Source: Chara braunii (Eukaryota > Plantae > Charophyceae). From it: 63,104 bases of DNA. The first letter of the stretch is position 1. Each line of letters starts with the position of its first letter. The stretch lies in the NCBI GenBank assembly GCA_003427395.1, contig BFEA01000017.1, positions 328,017-391,120 of the forward strand, written 5' to 3'. The notes under the pieces are model-generated. The model did no database searches. It was given only the letters and a program-made list of their open reading frames with translations, and was not told where the DNA came from. Below are positions 1 to 10,636 of the stretch, in pieces. A program made the translations under genes and the position numbers.

Positions 1-330
1 TGACTGACTGACTGACTGACGGACGGACGGACGGACGGACGGACGGACGGACGGACGGACGGACGGACGGACGGACGGACTGACTGACTGACTGATTGAC
101 TGACTGACTGACTGACTGACTGACGGACTGACTGATCGACTGATCGACTGACCGACTGACGGACTGACTGACTGACTGGTTAATTGGTTGATTGAGTGAT
201 TGATTGATTGATTGATTGCTTCTTCTTTTTCTTTTCTTTTTTTTCTTCTTCTACTTCCTCTTCTTCATCATCTTCTTCTTCATCTTCATCATCTTCTTCT
301 TCTTTTTCTTCTTCTTCTTCTTCCGCCCTC
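1..330. repeat. Compound microsatellite (TGAC)n/(GGAC)n/(TGAT)n followed by (TCT)n
   Basis: Directly visible tandem 3-4 nt units. Confidence 0.97.
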
Positions 331-934
331 CTTCGCTTGCCTCCGCCTGTCTCCTCCTGTTTTCGCCCGCCTCCGCCTGTTTCCGCCCACCTCCCCCCAC
401 CTCTGCCTGCCTACNNNNNNNNNNNNNNNNNNNNNNNNNNNNNNNNNNNNNNNNNNNNNNNNNNNNNNNNNNNNNNNNNNNNNNNNNNNNNNNNNNNNNN
501 NNNNNNNNNNNNNNNNNNNNNNNNNNNNNNNNNNNNNNNNNNNNNNNNNNNNNNNNNNNNNNNNNNNNNNNNNNNNNNNNNNNNNNNNNNNNNNNNNNNN
601 NNNNNNNNNNNNNNNNNNNNNNNNNNNNNNNNNNNNNNNNNNNNNNNNNNNNNNNNNNNNNNNNNNNNNNNNNNNNNNNNNNNNNNNNNNNNNNNNNNNN
701 NNNNNNNNNNNNNNNNNNNNNNNNNNNNNNNNNNNNNNNNNNNNNNNNNNNNNNNNNNNNNNNNNNNNNNNNNNNNNNNNNNNNNNNNNNNNNNNNNNNN
801 NNNNNNNNNNNNNNNNNNNNNNNNNNNNNNNNNNNNNNNNNNNNNNNNNNNNNNNNNNNNNNNNNNNNNNNNNNCGCCTGCCTCCGCCCGCCTCCGCTCG
901 CCTCCGCCCGCATCCGCCCACCCCCACTCGCCCT

Positions 935-950
935 CAATCAATCAATCAAC

Positions 951-982
<32 letters not shown>

Positions 983-1002
983 AATGAATCAATCAATCAA
1001 TT

Positions 1003-1036
<34 letters not shown>

Positions 1037-1055
1037 GCAATCAAGCAAGCAAGCA
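935..1055. repeat. (ATCA)n microsatellite
   Basis: Directly visible; the same type recurs at 55490-55612. Confidence 0.95.
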
Positions 1056-1231
1056 ATCCGTCGATCTCGACGAATCATTTTGTTCAGTGCGAAAATAATT
1101 CATTAGTGCGCCCAAAGGGGAATCAGAAATTAATAGTGGAGAAAAGAAAAAACAAGGAATTTAGGAAATAGGATTCCTAAGATATGAGTGGAAGAATCGG
1201 AACTTCTGAAAATTATGATGGAGACAGCTTG

Positions 1232-1400
1232 ACTTTGACGATCCGGTCAAATTCGTGCGTTTTGAGTTGAAGCATACCTATGCATATGCTACCAGTGTAC
1301 TGTTGAGACAAGTGGTCGGTATTCTGATGGGCAAAAGTACGAGCCCTCCATTGGCTTGTATTTTATTCGCCTTCACAGAGTGCAAATTTCTGAACAGCCA
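1232..1400 (+). pseudogene. Penelope-like (non-LTR) reverse transcriptase fragment
   Basis: Translation ...FVRFELKHTY...LLRQVVGILMGKSTSPPLACILFAFTECKFL resembles the RT motif Q..G.PMG...SP.LA of Penelope-type RTs. Truncated at ~1400. Confidence 0.6.
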
Positions 1401-1435
1401 CCTCACCCCGCGGCCAATGTTGCTTAAGGGAACGC

Positions 1436-1999
1436 TGTACGCAGGAAGGAAGCGCCAGGTCCAGACATACACAGACGAAGAGAAGGGGATCAGACGAAGA
1501 AGAGGGGGAGAGATGGGAGGGTCGTCAACACCAAGTCTTTGTCACATCCCAAATAATCCCTCGTCGCAATGTCTGAAGCCCAAAAGTCGAGTCTGGATCC
1601 AATGTCACCAAGCTCTCTCTCTCTCTTTCTCTCGTCGTCTGCTGATGAAGTGAAGTCAGATAATGAGAGGGTGAGAGGGAGATGGTGGACTAAGAAGAGG
1701 AAGAAGAAAAACTCTCTCTCTATCACGAGCCAGATACTAACCTGTGAAGTTGGCGTTGTGCTGCAGGTACCTCGAAGACGAAGCTGGAGTAACGGCGCTA
1801 CAGGTAGGTACTCCTGGCCTCCACCCAATCTCTCTCTCTAGTGTTATCCTAGCTATGGCGCCCAACGCAGAAGACTACAACTACCTACTGCGCCCAGCGC
1901 TGAAGACTAATGCTAACGCTACTATTACTCCTGCAGCGCTTCCTCCAGAGTGCTGTTGTCGAATCCTGAAGACTACTGATTGCCTCCTGCCTACCCGTG
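1436..1999 (-). repeat. Partial 3' LTR (copy of ~6154-6728)
   Basis: Near-identical direct repeat from gaaggaagcgccaggtccagacatacac to gcctcctgcctacccgtga; both LTR termini are missing. Confidence 0.93.
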
Positions 2000-4900
2000 A
2001 GATTTCAAATACAACTTAGAAAAATACTTTGCGCCGCCCAATCGCTCAAGAAGATCGTCGATGCGAGGAAGAGGCACCGCATTCTTGACGGTTTGTGCGT
2101 TGAGCTTGCGGTAGTCGCTACACAATCGTTGATCCTTGTTCTTCTTCCGGACGAAGAGAACTGGTGCTCCATATGGGGAGCTACTAGGGCGGATCCAGCC
2201 CTTGGCCAACAAATCGTCGAATTGTGCGCGGAGGACCTCAAACTCCTCCTCGCTCATCCGATAGATGCAACCTTTCGGCGGCACGATACCGACCTCAAGA
2301 ATGATCTCGTGAGAGATCGGCCGATCCGGCACCACACCGGTAGGTGACGTGAAGATATCGGTGAACTCTTCCAGCAACCGCACGACCCGGGGGTCCGAAG
2401 ACAAGTCCGTGGGTCAAGAGTCGGCTACCGCGACGGTCCGTAGGAAACATAGGCCGATCTCCTCGGGCTTCTCGTAAGCGCAAGTCGCCCGGAATGATTT
2501 GACCATCACCCCTTGGCACTGAATCGAAGGGTGCGGTAGAGGAATAGTACACGCCACTTCGACGCCGAAGGCGTCGCAAACGCTAAGAGTCCGCCGGTGG
2601 AAGTTGACCGTGTGATCCGCACTTGCAAGCCAAGGCATTCCCAGAATGATGTCGAAGTCGTGTCCAAAATGTGGAACGTCACCGGTTCGCATGCATAAGG
2701 TGCGAAATACACCGGTACAACCTCGATGTAACGGTCGAGAAGTTGTTGCGTCTTTCCATCCACCAACTTGATCGTCGTCGGGTTTGCCTTCCTTCGAACT
2801 TGTGCGCCGAGGCCAGCCCTTTGCATAAAGGCTTGACTCATGAAATTGCGAGACACGTCACTATCCAGCAAAGCGCTGCAGGACGCTTGCCCAACCTGGA
2901 TGCGGACAAACATGAGCGGTGCGTTGTTGTCATCGTACCGCGGCGTGCAAAACTCGCGGGCCACCTTGGTAACATACAGATGTCCCCCACTGCGACTTCG
3001 TCATCCGTCGGCGAAGTTGGTGGTGCATAGAAGGATAAGTATGTGTGGAGATGAGCGCATAGTGCTGCACATTGCGGTCCCGGCAGGCGCCCCATGGTCG
3101 GGAGAGGAAGCCATGCAAAGTCCTCGGACGTGAGCGGGTCTAATACCTCTATGTTGAACTCGCGCGCCGGATCCCGTGAAGAACCACTTGAAGACGATAA
3201 GTCGTCGCTGCCGGACGGAGAAGATGCCGCACACACGTCTTGTCCTTGAGCTTGAGTACCCAACGTAGGAACGAGCCGGGTAGCATAGTCCTCAAAAGAA
3301 TACAGAAGAGGAGGACTATCGACTTCCGCATGCGCCTCGTAATGAAGGCCGGTCACTCGCGAAGAGACCAGTTCCGGAGGCGTCGAGAGTGTCGTCGAGT
3401 CACTCTCGGCGGTGCTTAGTTTCCCTGTTTGCCCTTGCCTTTCAATGGGAAGGCCAGTGTCTCATGGAGATCGTTGTTGCACCATAGGCAATAATGAAAT
3501 CTCGTCCACGCCTTGAATGCTTGCTCGGAGATGCCGTATTGGGACCACGGGGCTGGAGCTGCTGCGTCGGACCCGGGGCTAGATGCGGTGTGTGTCTTCG
3601 TCTTGCCGCGTCCTCGGCCTTTGCCGGGGCGACCACCTTCCCGGGCGGTTGTGAATCTGTCCCCTTCATTGGCAGGCACGGCCTCGCTAGTTTAGTCAAA
3701 CGGCGTTGCCGCCGCGAGAACGGTCACTCTTGGCCGATGCTGGTCTCTGCTCGGTCCTGGTGCAGACGAACGCAGGTTCTTGGCCTCCTTGTTCGTGATA
3801 ATAATCTGCGCGGCCTTGTGAAAGAGTTTCGCCGTTGTCGTCAAGGTGTCCTCGACGTGAGTCAGGGCATTGCTTAATGTCGGACACGACCTTGAGATGA
3901 AATAGTGGCGGATGGCCTTGAAGCCCATCTAGATGTCTGAGACTGATGTCAAGCGTTGGTACTCGGCAATCCAGTCGGTACTCGGCAGCGTGCCTTGTTC
4001 GAAGACCGTTAGCTTGTCCATTGCCTTGATCTCTGGCGGCTCGAATTGGAATCGCTTGTGCCACGCCGCCTTCAGATCATCCCAGTCGATCTTGGTGTGC
4101 AAGTCGCCAGCTACTACTCCGTACTTGGACAAGAGATTATCCAACCATGCCTGACACGCGCCCCCCGACCAGGAGTATAAGTATGCATGGTACTTGTGTT
4201 CTTTGACGTAGTGTAGCTGCAGCGTGAGCTCGAACTTGTGGAACCATGACATCGGATTTGTCTTCGTCGAGTCGCAGAAGATCTCCTGCCCGTCAAACTT
4301 TGAAGTTGTCTCGCGCGGTTCCGAACTCGAGTTGTTGGCGGCAATACAGATCCGCTGCTCCAATTATTGCGTTGTGGTCTGCTGTAATCGCACACCGTCC
4401 TTGAGGGAGCCGACGTCCATCTCCAATGCTTCGAGGCGATCGGAGGTGTTGGAAGAGCTTGCATCGGGGGTGGCGACAGGTCGCTGCTCCAGCTGCCGGA
4501 GGCGGCCGTGGACTTGAGTCAACGAGTCGTCGAGGCTATGGATGTCCTCCTGCTGTGTAATGCATGTCACCAGGAGGTCTGTGAGATGGGAGAGGAGTAG
4601 AGCGATCTTATTTTCGCTATCCTCCATCTTGCCATTCTCGGCCTCGATCCGGCACTCCGCTTCCATTGTGAGCAAAGTCTGCTCTCCGCTAAATATCTTA
4701 TTCCGCCGTTGAACTCGTCCTTCATCATCAGCCTTTGCTGCTGGCTCGTCGTGTTGGCGCTATTGTTCAAGTGTCAGCAGACGTGCCTGCTCGGCGTCCT
4801 CTGCCTTTTTCTTCGCCGCTGTTGCTGTGTCATCCGCCCGTCTCTTTGTTTCAGTACTCTGGGCCAGCGTCGGGGCGTGATAGGCCTCGTCTGCTTCTCC
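1991..4900 (-). pseudogene. gag-pol remnant: coiled-coil/Gag, knuckle-like CxxCxxxxH, aspartic protease, N-terminal RT
   Basis: Gag-like WFHKFELTLQLH...LKAAWHKRF; CLWCNNDLH; protease ALLDSDVSRNFMS (degenerate DSGA); RT IYRMS...[20 protein letters not shown]...[35 protein letters not shown]. Multiple stops and frameshifts. Confidence 0.93.
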
Positions 4901-4957
4901 GGACCTCTGGTCAATGACGGCTGTTTGTGAACGCAACATCATAGACCAGGCCGGGGG

Positions 4958-5060
4958 CCTGCTGACGTGGTATTCCCTGCTGCTGACGTGGCACTGATGA
5001 CGTGGCCTGCTGACGTGGCCTGCTGACGTAGTCTGCTGATGTGGCCTGCTGACGTGGCAA
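4958..5060. repeat. Tandem ~13-bp repeat CTGCTGACGTGGC in the retrotransposon leader
   Basis: About 7 imperfect units, directly visible; most contain TGACGT. Confidence 0.85.
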
Positions 5061-5834
5061 CTCACCAATGTCGCCGCAGGGGGTACCCGGAGACAGGTAG
5101 AGAAGGTAGGGCGAGAGGTGGCAATAACATAGGTAGGGAGGGGCGGGTGGGATAATCGCCCAGATAACGCCCAGATAAGGAGCCACTAATCAAAAAAAAA
5201 AAGTTCGAACTTTGCAACAAATTTGAGAAAAATAAAAATCTCGAGTTTTGCAAGTTCAGTAGGTCTCCCAACCTCCCTTGAAGTGCGAAATGATCAATGA
5301 GAGAAAAAAATTCGACTTCAGACTGCAAATGATTTATAAAACTGACTAACAGAATCCTAGAACTGTGAAAGAAATTTTCCGAAAAGAAATGACAAGTATT
5401 CAGATTTACTCAGATTAGAGTATTGAAGTATTCGCAATTTGGAAAATAATACCTGCAGGAGGGATTTCCCGTGCCGTTTTCAGAAAAACGAAATTTCGAA
5501 AAAAGAATATTCCGAATTTCCAAGTAACAGGGATGGAACATGAAATCGAAATTTTCGAAAAGAAGGATATTCCGGATTTTCAACAAAGAAATTTCAATTT
5601 TTCATAAGGAAAACGAAAATGGAAATTTCAGATGTTGCGCTATTGCAATTTTTCACAACAGAAATATCGAAACAACAAAATCCAAGAAAAAAATAAATAA
5701 ATTGATTTTCGGCAATAAGGTCAAAATCGTGATTTTGGGAGCTAACTAGTGTGTTCTAATCAATCAATAAAGACTAATCAGTTACCTAGTCTCCGCACAC
5801 GTTCCAGATCAGGTTGTCCTGATTCACGTGCGCC

Positions 5835-5846
5835 GTTCCAATACCA
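5835..5846 (-). promoter_or_regulatory. Primer-binding site, tRNA-iMet-like (TGGTATTGGAAC)
   Basis: Lies 2 nt from the LTR end (minus strand ...TGTAACA-AT-TGGTATTGGAAC); 9/12 match to the canonical TGGTATCAGAGC. Confidence 0.75.
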
Positions 5847-5848
5847 AT

Positions 5849-7143
5849 TGTTACATGCCCAGATGGGCGATGTACATAATAACCGAGGATCCGCAATGTG
5901 ATAAAAAGGACTGAATGTACAATGCAGTGCAAGTAGAATCTCAACAAGCAATTTGCATTATGATACATACAAAATGGTGTTGAATAGCGCAGGGAAGACT
6001 TAGATACAAATCCTGACCTGACTGGGACTGACCTCATTCACATAGTATAAGATAGCAAAGCAGAATGCTAGGATGCTAATGACTAGCCCAATCAATGTTT
6101 GAACGCAGACCAAACATACATCGTGTCCATCACAAGGTGTGAAGGAGCCTGGCGCTGTAGAAATGAAGGAAGCGCCAGGTCCAGACATACACCGACGAAG
6201 AGGAGGGGATCAGACGAAGAAGAGGGGGAGAGATGGGAANNTCGNCAACACCNAGTCTTTGTCACAAGTCCCAAATAATCCCTCATCGCAATGTCTGAAG
6301 CCCAAAAGTCGAGTCTGGATCCAATGTCACCAAGCTCTCTCTCTCTCTCTTTCTCTCGTAGTCTGCTGATGCAGTGAAGTCAGATAATGAGAGGGTGAGA
6401 GGGAGATGGTGGACTGAGAAGAGGAAGAAGAAGAACTCTCTCTCTGTCACGAGCCAGATACTAACCTGTGAAGTTGGCGCTGTGCTGCAGGTACCTCGAA
6501 GACGAAGCTGGAGCAACGGCGCTGCAGGTAGGTACTCCTGGCCTCCGCCCAATCTCTCTCTCTCTAGTACTATCCTAGCTATGGCGCCCAGCGCTGAAGA
6601 CTACAGCTACCTACTGGCGCCCAGCGCTGAAGACTAATGCTAACGCTACTACTACTCCTGCAGCGCTCCCTCCAGAGTGCTGCTGCCGAATCCTGAAGAC
6701 TACTGACTGCCTCCTGCCTACCCGTGAAGTGCATGGGAAGTCCCTATGTACTATCTTGGCCTGCCTCTTGACTGCCTCCGACTGCCTACAGTTGCAGGGC
6801 GGGCAGTCCAGGAGGCTGCTCTTGCCAATGCCGAACTGGGCCAGGGGCTGCCGCTGCAGCTGTCGTGGGAACAGGCCAAAAATAGCCTGTTCCTAAAACC
6901 CTGGTTCGGTGCCTGAGTTTCAGGGAAGGCCGGTCTGATGACAGACCGGAAATGGCCCTTCGTTTCAGGCTAAAAAGGCTCATGCCGTTTTTAGTCTGAA
7001 ACGACACAGGGTCTGTAGGGCCCTGGATTTCAGGCTTTCGAGCCGAATGGTCACGGGGCCTGTACGCCGTGGTTTTCAGGCTTTCGGCCTGAGGGACGCA
7101 GGGCCTGGAAAATGACCCTCGTGTGCAGGCGCAACATGTAACA
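5849..7143 (-). repeat. Complete 5' LTR, 1,295 bp
   Basis: Perfect 9-bp terminal inverted repeats TGTTACATG...CATGTAACA; internal part duplicated at 1436-1999. Confidence 0.92.
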
Positions 7144-7150
7144 TACCCCT

Positions 7151-7317
7151 GGGGCCAAGTCCCACTACCAGCGTTGAGTGTCCTCAACTGCTGAATCTGG
7201 ACATGTTTGTTGAGATGTGCGGTTGACGAAACTCAACGCCATTTCTGCACGTCTCCACAAACACAACCACATTCAGGCGTTGAGGACACTCAACGCTGCT
7301 AGTGGGACTTGGCCCCT
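7151..7317. repeat. Fold-back (MITE-like) inverted repeat
   Basis: ggggccaagtcccactaccagcgttgagtgtcctcaac pairs with gttgaggacactcaacgctgctagtgggacttggcccc (1 mismatch in 38); imperfect pairing continues inward. Confidence 0.88.
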
Positions 7318-7427
7318 GCCAGGTAATGTTTTTTTGCCTTTTTGAAGTCAGAGGATGTGAATTTCGCCACACCGTGTTTTCCTTGCCTTTCTGAAATAAA
7401 AAGGTGACCCACAAGCAGTTTCCCCTT

Positions 7428-7697
7428 CTTTTTTTTTTTTAAGAGAACAACCCAAGTGGATGCTGAGGGTGCTGATAAGAGCAGGCACGACTAACATTCC
7501 CAGGGAGGCTCCATCTACTTGTGGGGAGCAGCACCTGCTGGAAAGCGGGTCCAACATCCCTGAACATTGTAGTTGTTTGCCTGAACCAACATCTCGTTGT
7601 AATGACAGCACACTGCCTGGCTCACCAACAGAGAATGAAAGAAATTCAGTCGGTAGAACTACCCAGCCTCCTAGGTTGTCTGCCTACATCACATCCT
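7428..7697 (-). mobile_element. 3' end of an older non-LTR element (poly-A plus conserved 3' motif), interrupted by the LINE at 7698
   Basis: T-tract at 7428-7440, motif at 7508-7560; the host sequence resumes after the second TSD copy (13756). Confidence 0.7.
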
Positions 7698-8399
7698 TCT
7701 TTTTTTTTTTTTTTTTTTGAAAACAACCCAATCGGTTGCTAGAGGTGCTGATAAGAGCAGGCACCACTAGCACTGTCGGGGAGGCTCCATCTATTGGTGG
7801 GGAGCTTCACCTGCTGGAAATCGGGTCGAGCGTCCCTGTACAATGAACTGAGAGTGTTGATAATAGAATAACATGAGAGTATAGCGAGACCACTGCCTAA
7901 GTCTTCCTCTCGCCAATGTCTACCAGAACCTGAGTCCTGGATTCATGAATTTTTCCCCTGACACTGTGCTTCAATGGCCTACACTTGGGCATCCCTGGCC
8001 GGCATTGGAAGTGCAGATCAAAGTAGCAGGGACAGAGGGGACGGTGCCAGGGTGCGGGGAGAACAAAGAGGGAGGGGAGGAGGAGGAGCGTGTTATCAAC
8101 TGGTGGTGGAGGCAGGATGTGAAGATGAGGTAGGGGGAGCAGGTGAGGCTGACAGAGGGGGGGCAGACCGCGACTGGGAAGGGTTGCGGTGGGGGGCGAG
8201 GTGGGCAAGGTGGTGGGCACAGTCCAGTGGTGCAGGGGGAGCAAGTGGGGCTGACAAAGGGGGGGCAGGCGGCGGCTGGGAAAGGTTGCTGTTGGGGGCG
8301 AAGTGGGCAGGGTGCTGGGCACAGTCCACTGATGAGATGAGAACAAAATTAGTAGGTTGGTATACCACCTGGAAGTGGTGCCTCGGCAACCTTACTCAT

Positions 8400-9860
8400 T
8401 GCTTCTCTGTCGACAGCCACGGCTGCCAGTTGAGGGAGTGGGTATTATCGAGGCTACACAGTCACCCATTGTTGTCTGTCCAGGTGGTTTTGAATGTATC
8501 CACAATGTGACGAGTTCTGGTCTCGTCCGGTTGTTTCCGCAGTTCAGATTTCAATACTCTCCAGACCTCCTGGGTATTAGTTGTGATAGTTTCAATAATT
8601 GTTGTCCTTGCTTGCATAAAACCAAAGTCGTGTTGTTTCCTTTCATACGCGCAGCGCATCCTCCAGGCCGCCATCAACACCGCAAGTCTGGAGTAATCGA
8701 ACAGGTTTTTCATGAAGGGAGTCCAGTCTGAAACCCCCTCCAGAGGGCCCCCCAGCAGAAGAGTGCAAACATTCCATGGCAAATGCAGCCCCGTGAGATA
8801 GTGTCAGGCCGCATCCCACCAACACCAAAGTTGAGACACCATTGGGCAGTCTAATAGACAATGTTCCAAAGTAACTCTTTGTCGTGGTGTGGAGTTGGTG
8901 CAATACATGCACAGTGGGGAGAGCAGCCCTTTTGCCTCTAAGTCCGTTCTTGTTGTGAGCCAATCCGGAGTTGGCAGACATCTATGTATGATCTGCCATT
9001 GCAGCGCCCTGTGGCTGGTCGGCTTGATATGTGAAAAGGAGGACCACCTAAAGTGTTGGAAGTCCCGTTCATCGAGTGGAGAATCTCTTTCCCAACGTTG
9101 TATGATTTGTTGTGTCACCTGTACACGTTTCCGGGCTATCCGATAACCCTTCTTAACCGTGTATTGCCACAAGGTCATTGTCTGAGACTCACCCCATGAC
9201 CATTCCCATTCCGCCGGGTCAAATGGTAAGTCACAGAGGGGGATGGACGACTCATATAGATAAAGGTCATCCTTAGTGTTTCCTAACTCTGACTCAGGTG
9301 AGCTCGCAAGCGGGGCGTTGTGTGTCCAGGTCATCTTGTCTCTGAGTTTTGGACCAGCGGTCCCCTGGCAAGGTCGGGCTGTAGGCATGTAATGTTGTGT
9401 CCCCCTCATTGTTAGTCTGTACCTCGTACACCGTCATGGGAACTGGCATATCTTGAGTGGGCACCACCCAGTCCTTCGATTGTATCGTCGGGCCCGTTTT
9501 GAGGGCTTGAATCCAGGCCAACGGGATGGCTTCTTGTATCTCCATCAAGGCAGAGGCCATGTTTTTTATGTGGCCTGTGAGGCTCATCAAAGAGCGCTCA
9601 GATTTTCAGTTCCTTGTCTGGCTATCGCACAGGTGGCCCACTGCATAAACCCCTTTTCTGACCCATAGCCTCCATTTTGAGGTCCCTTGAAGGGAGAACA
9701 GGATGCCTGCTCCGTCTACGATATGCAGGTGTCCAAAAAGTGGTTGGCGGCTTACTTCTTCCCATGTAAGAGGTGTGGGGGTACGCTGCGACCCTCTTTC
9801 TCTCCATAGTTTAAGCAATGCTGGCCATAATGGGTCGACTTTGAGGTCCTATTTTGCCAT
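8400..9860 (-). pseudogene. LINE ORF2 C-terminal region with zf-RVT-like CCHC motif
   Basis: HRALQWQIIHRCLPT...CMYC...EHCLLDCPMVSQLW; homologous to 20400-21900, 16510-16840 and 30970-31500. Confidence 0.88.
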
Positions 9861-10636
9861 TTCTTCTGGTGAAACAGGCACTCCAGTGGAAGAACTTACT
9901 GCGGAGAACGCTCCACCGCAGCGACAACAGCGCCAGCAACAACTGCTTATTGCAGGTCAAGAGGAACTCCACACATCCGGAACCGAGACCGATTTAGATC
10001 CCCCGGAGCTAAACACACACAATGGGAAAACAAATACATTCAGGGAGGCACTGGGGGCCGCGGATCGCCTGTCTCAGAGCAGTGTAACAAAACCAGGGGT
10101 GGTCATAATCCCGGTGAAAAGAAGTTGCAAGTACGGGGAATGGAAAATCGGCCTTAGATCTAGTTCCCCCTAGGTGCCCAACCTGGTTAACCGGGCACTT
10201 AAGTCCGCGCAACAGAACCTTCCGGGCCTCACACTTCAAGGATGGAGGGGTTCCACATCGCACATTATGACCAGGCACATGCTCAGAAACCACCTCAACC
10301 AGAATGCAGACCAGGGGGTAGTTGGGACAGTATTCCCCAGCGACCTCCCATTTCCGAAGGGAGCTACACCCATACTAATCCTATTCACCGCAGACCAACA
10401 GGACCTCCACCAACAATCGGGCCAGATCCACTGGCTCACACAAAAGGAATTGTTGGATATGTCCACATTTAGACTCAGAGAAAACAACATCTGGTCCGCA
10501 GCAGAACAGACAGGATTCCTGCTTCATCTGCTGGAGGAAGAATCATTAGACAACAATAGGGTCTGGGATGACCCGCCCTTCGTCATCAGCATTCCTTGGC
10601 GGAAGTAGGATACAGCCCATCAGGTGAGCATAAGCA

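Larger units (their letters stand above)
1436..7143 (-). mobile_element. Decayed Ty3/gypsy LTR retrotransposon with internal deletion (most of RT, RNase H and integrase missing)
   Basis: Complete LTR at 5849-7143, adjacent PBS, gag-protease-RT order on the minus strand, and a partial second LTR at 1436-1999. Confidence 0.92.

Noticed and set aside
208-1171. ORFs spanning the first gap, and similar ORFs at 16222, 32969, 55484 and 57905
   Set aside because: Artefacts of N-runs and microsatellites.
5168-5186. Alternative PBS (TGGCTCCTTATCTGGG on the minus strand)
   Set aside because: Not adjacent to an LTR end; the site at 5835-5846 abuts the LTR inverted repeat.
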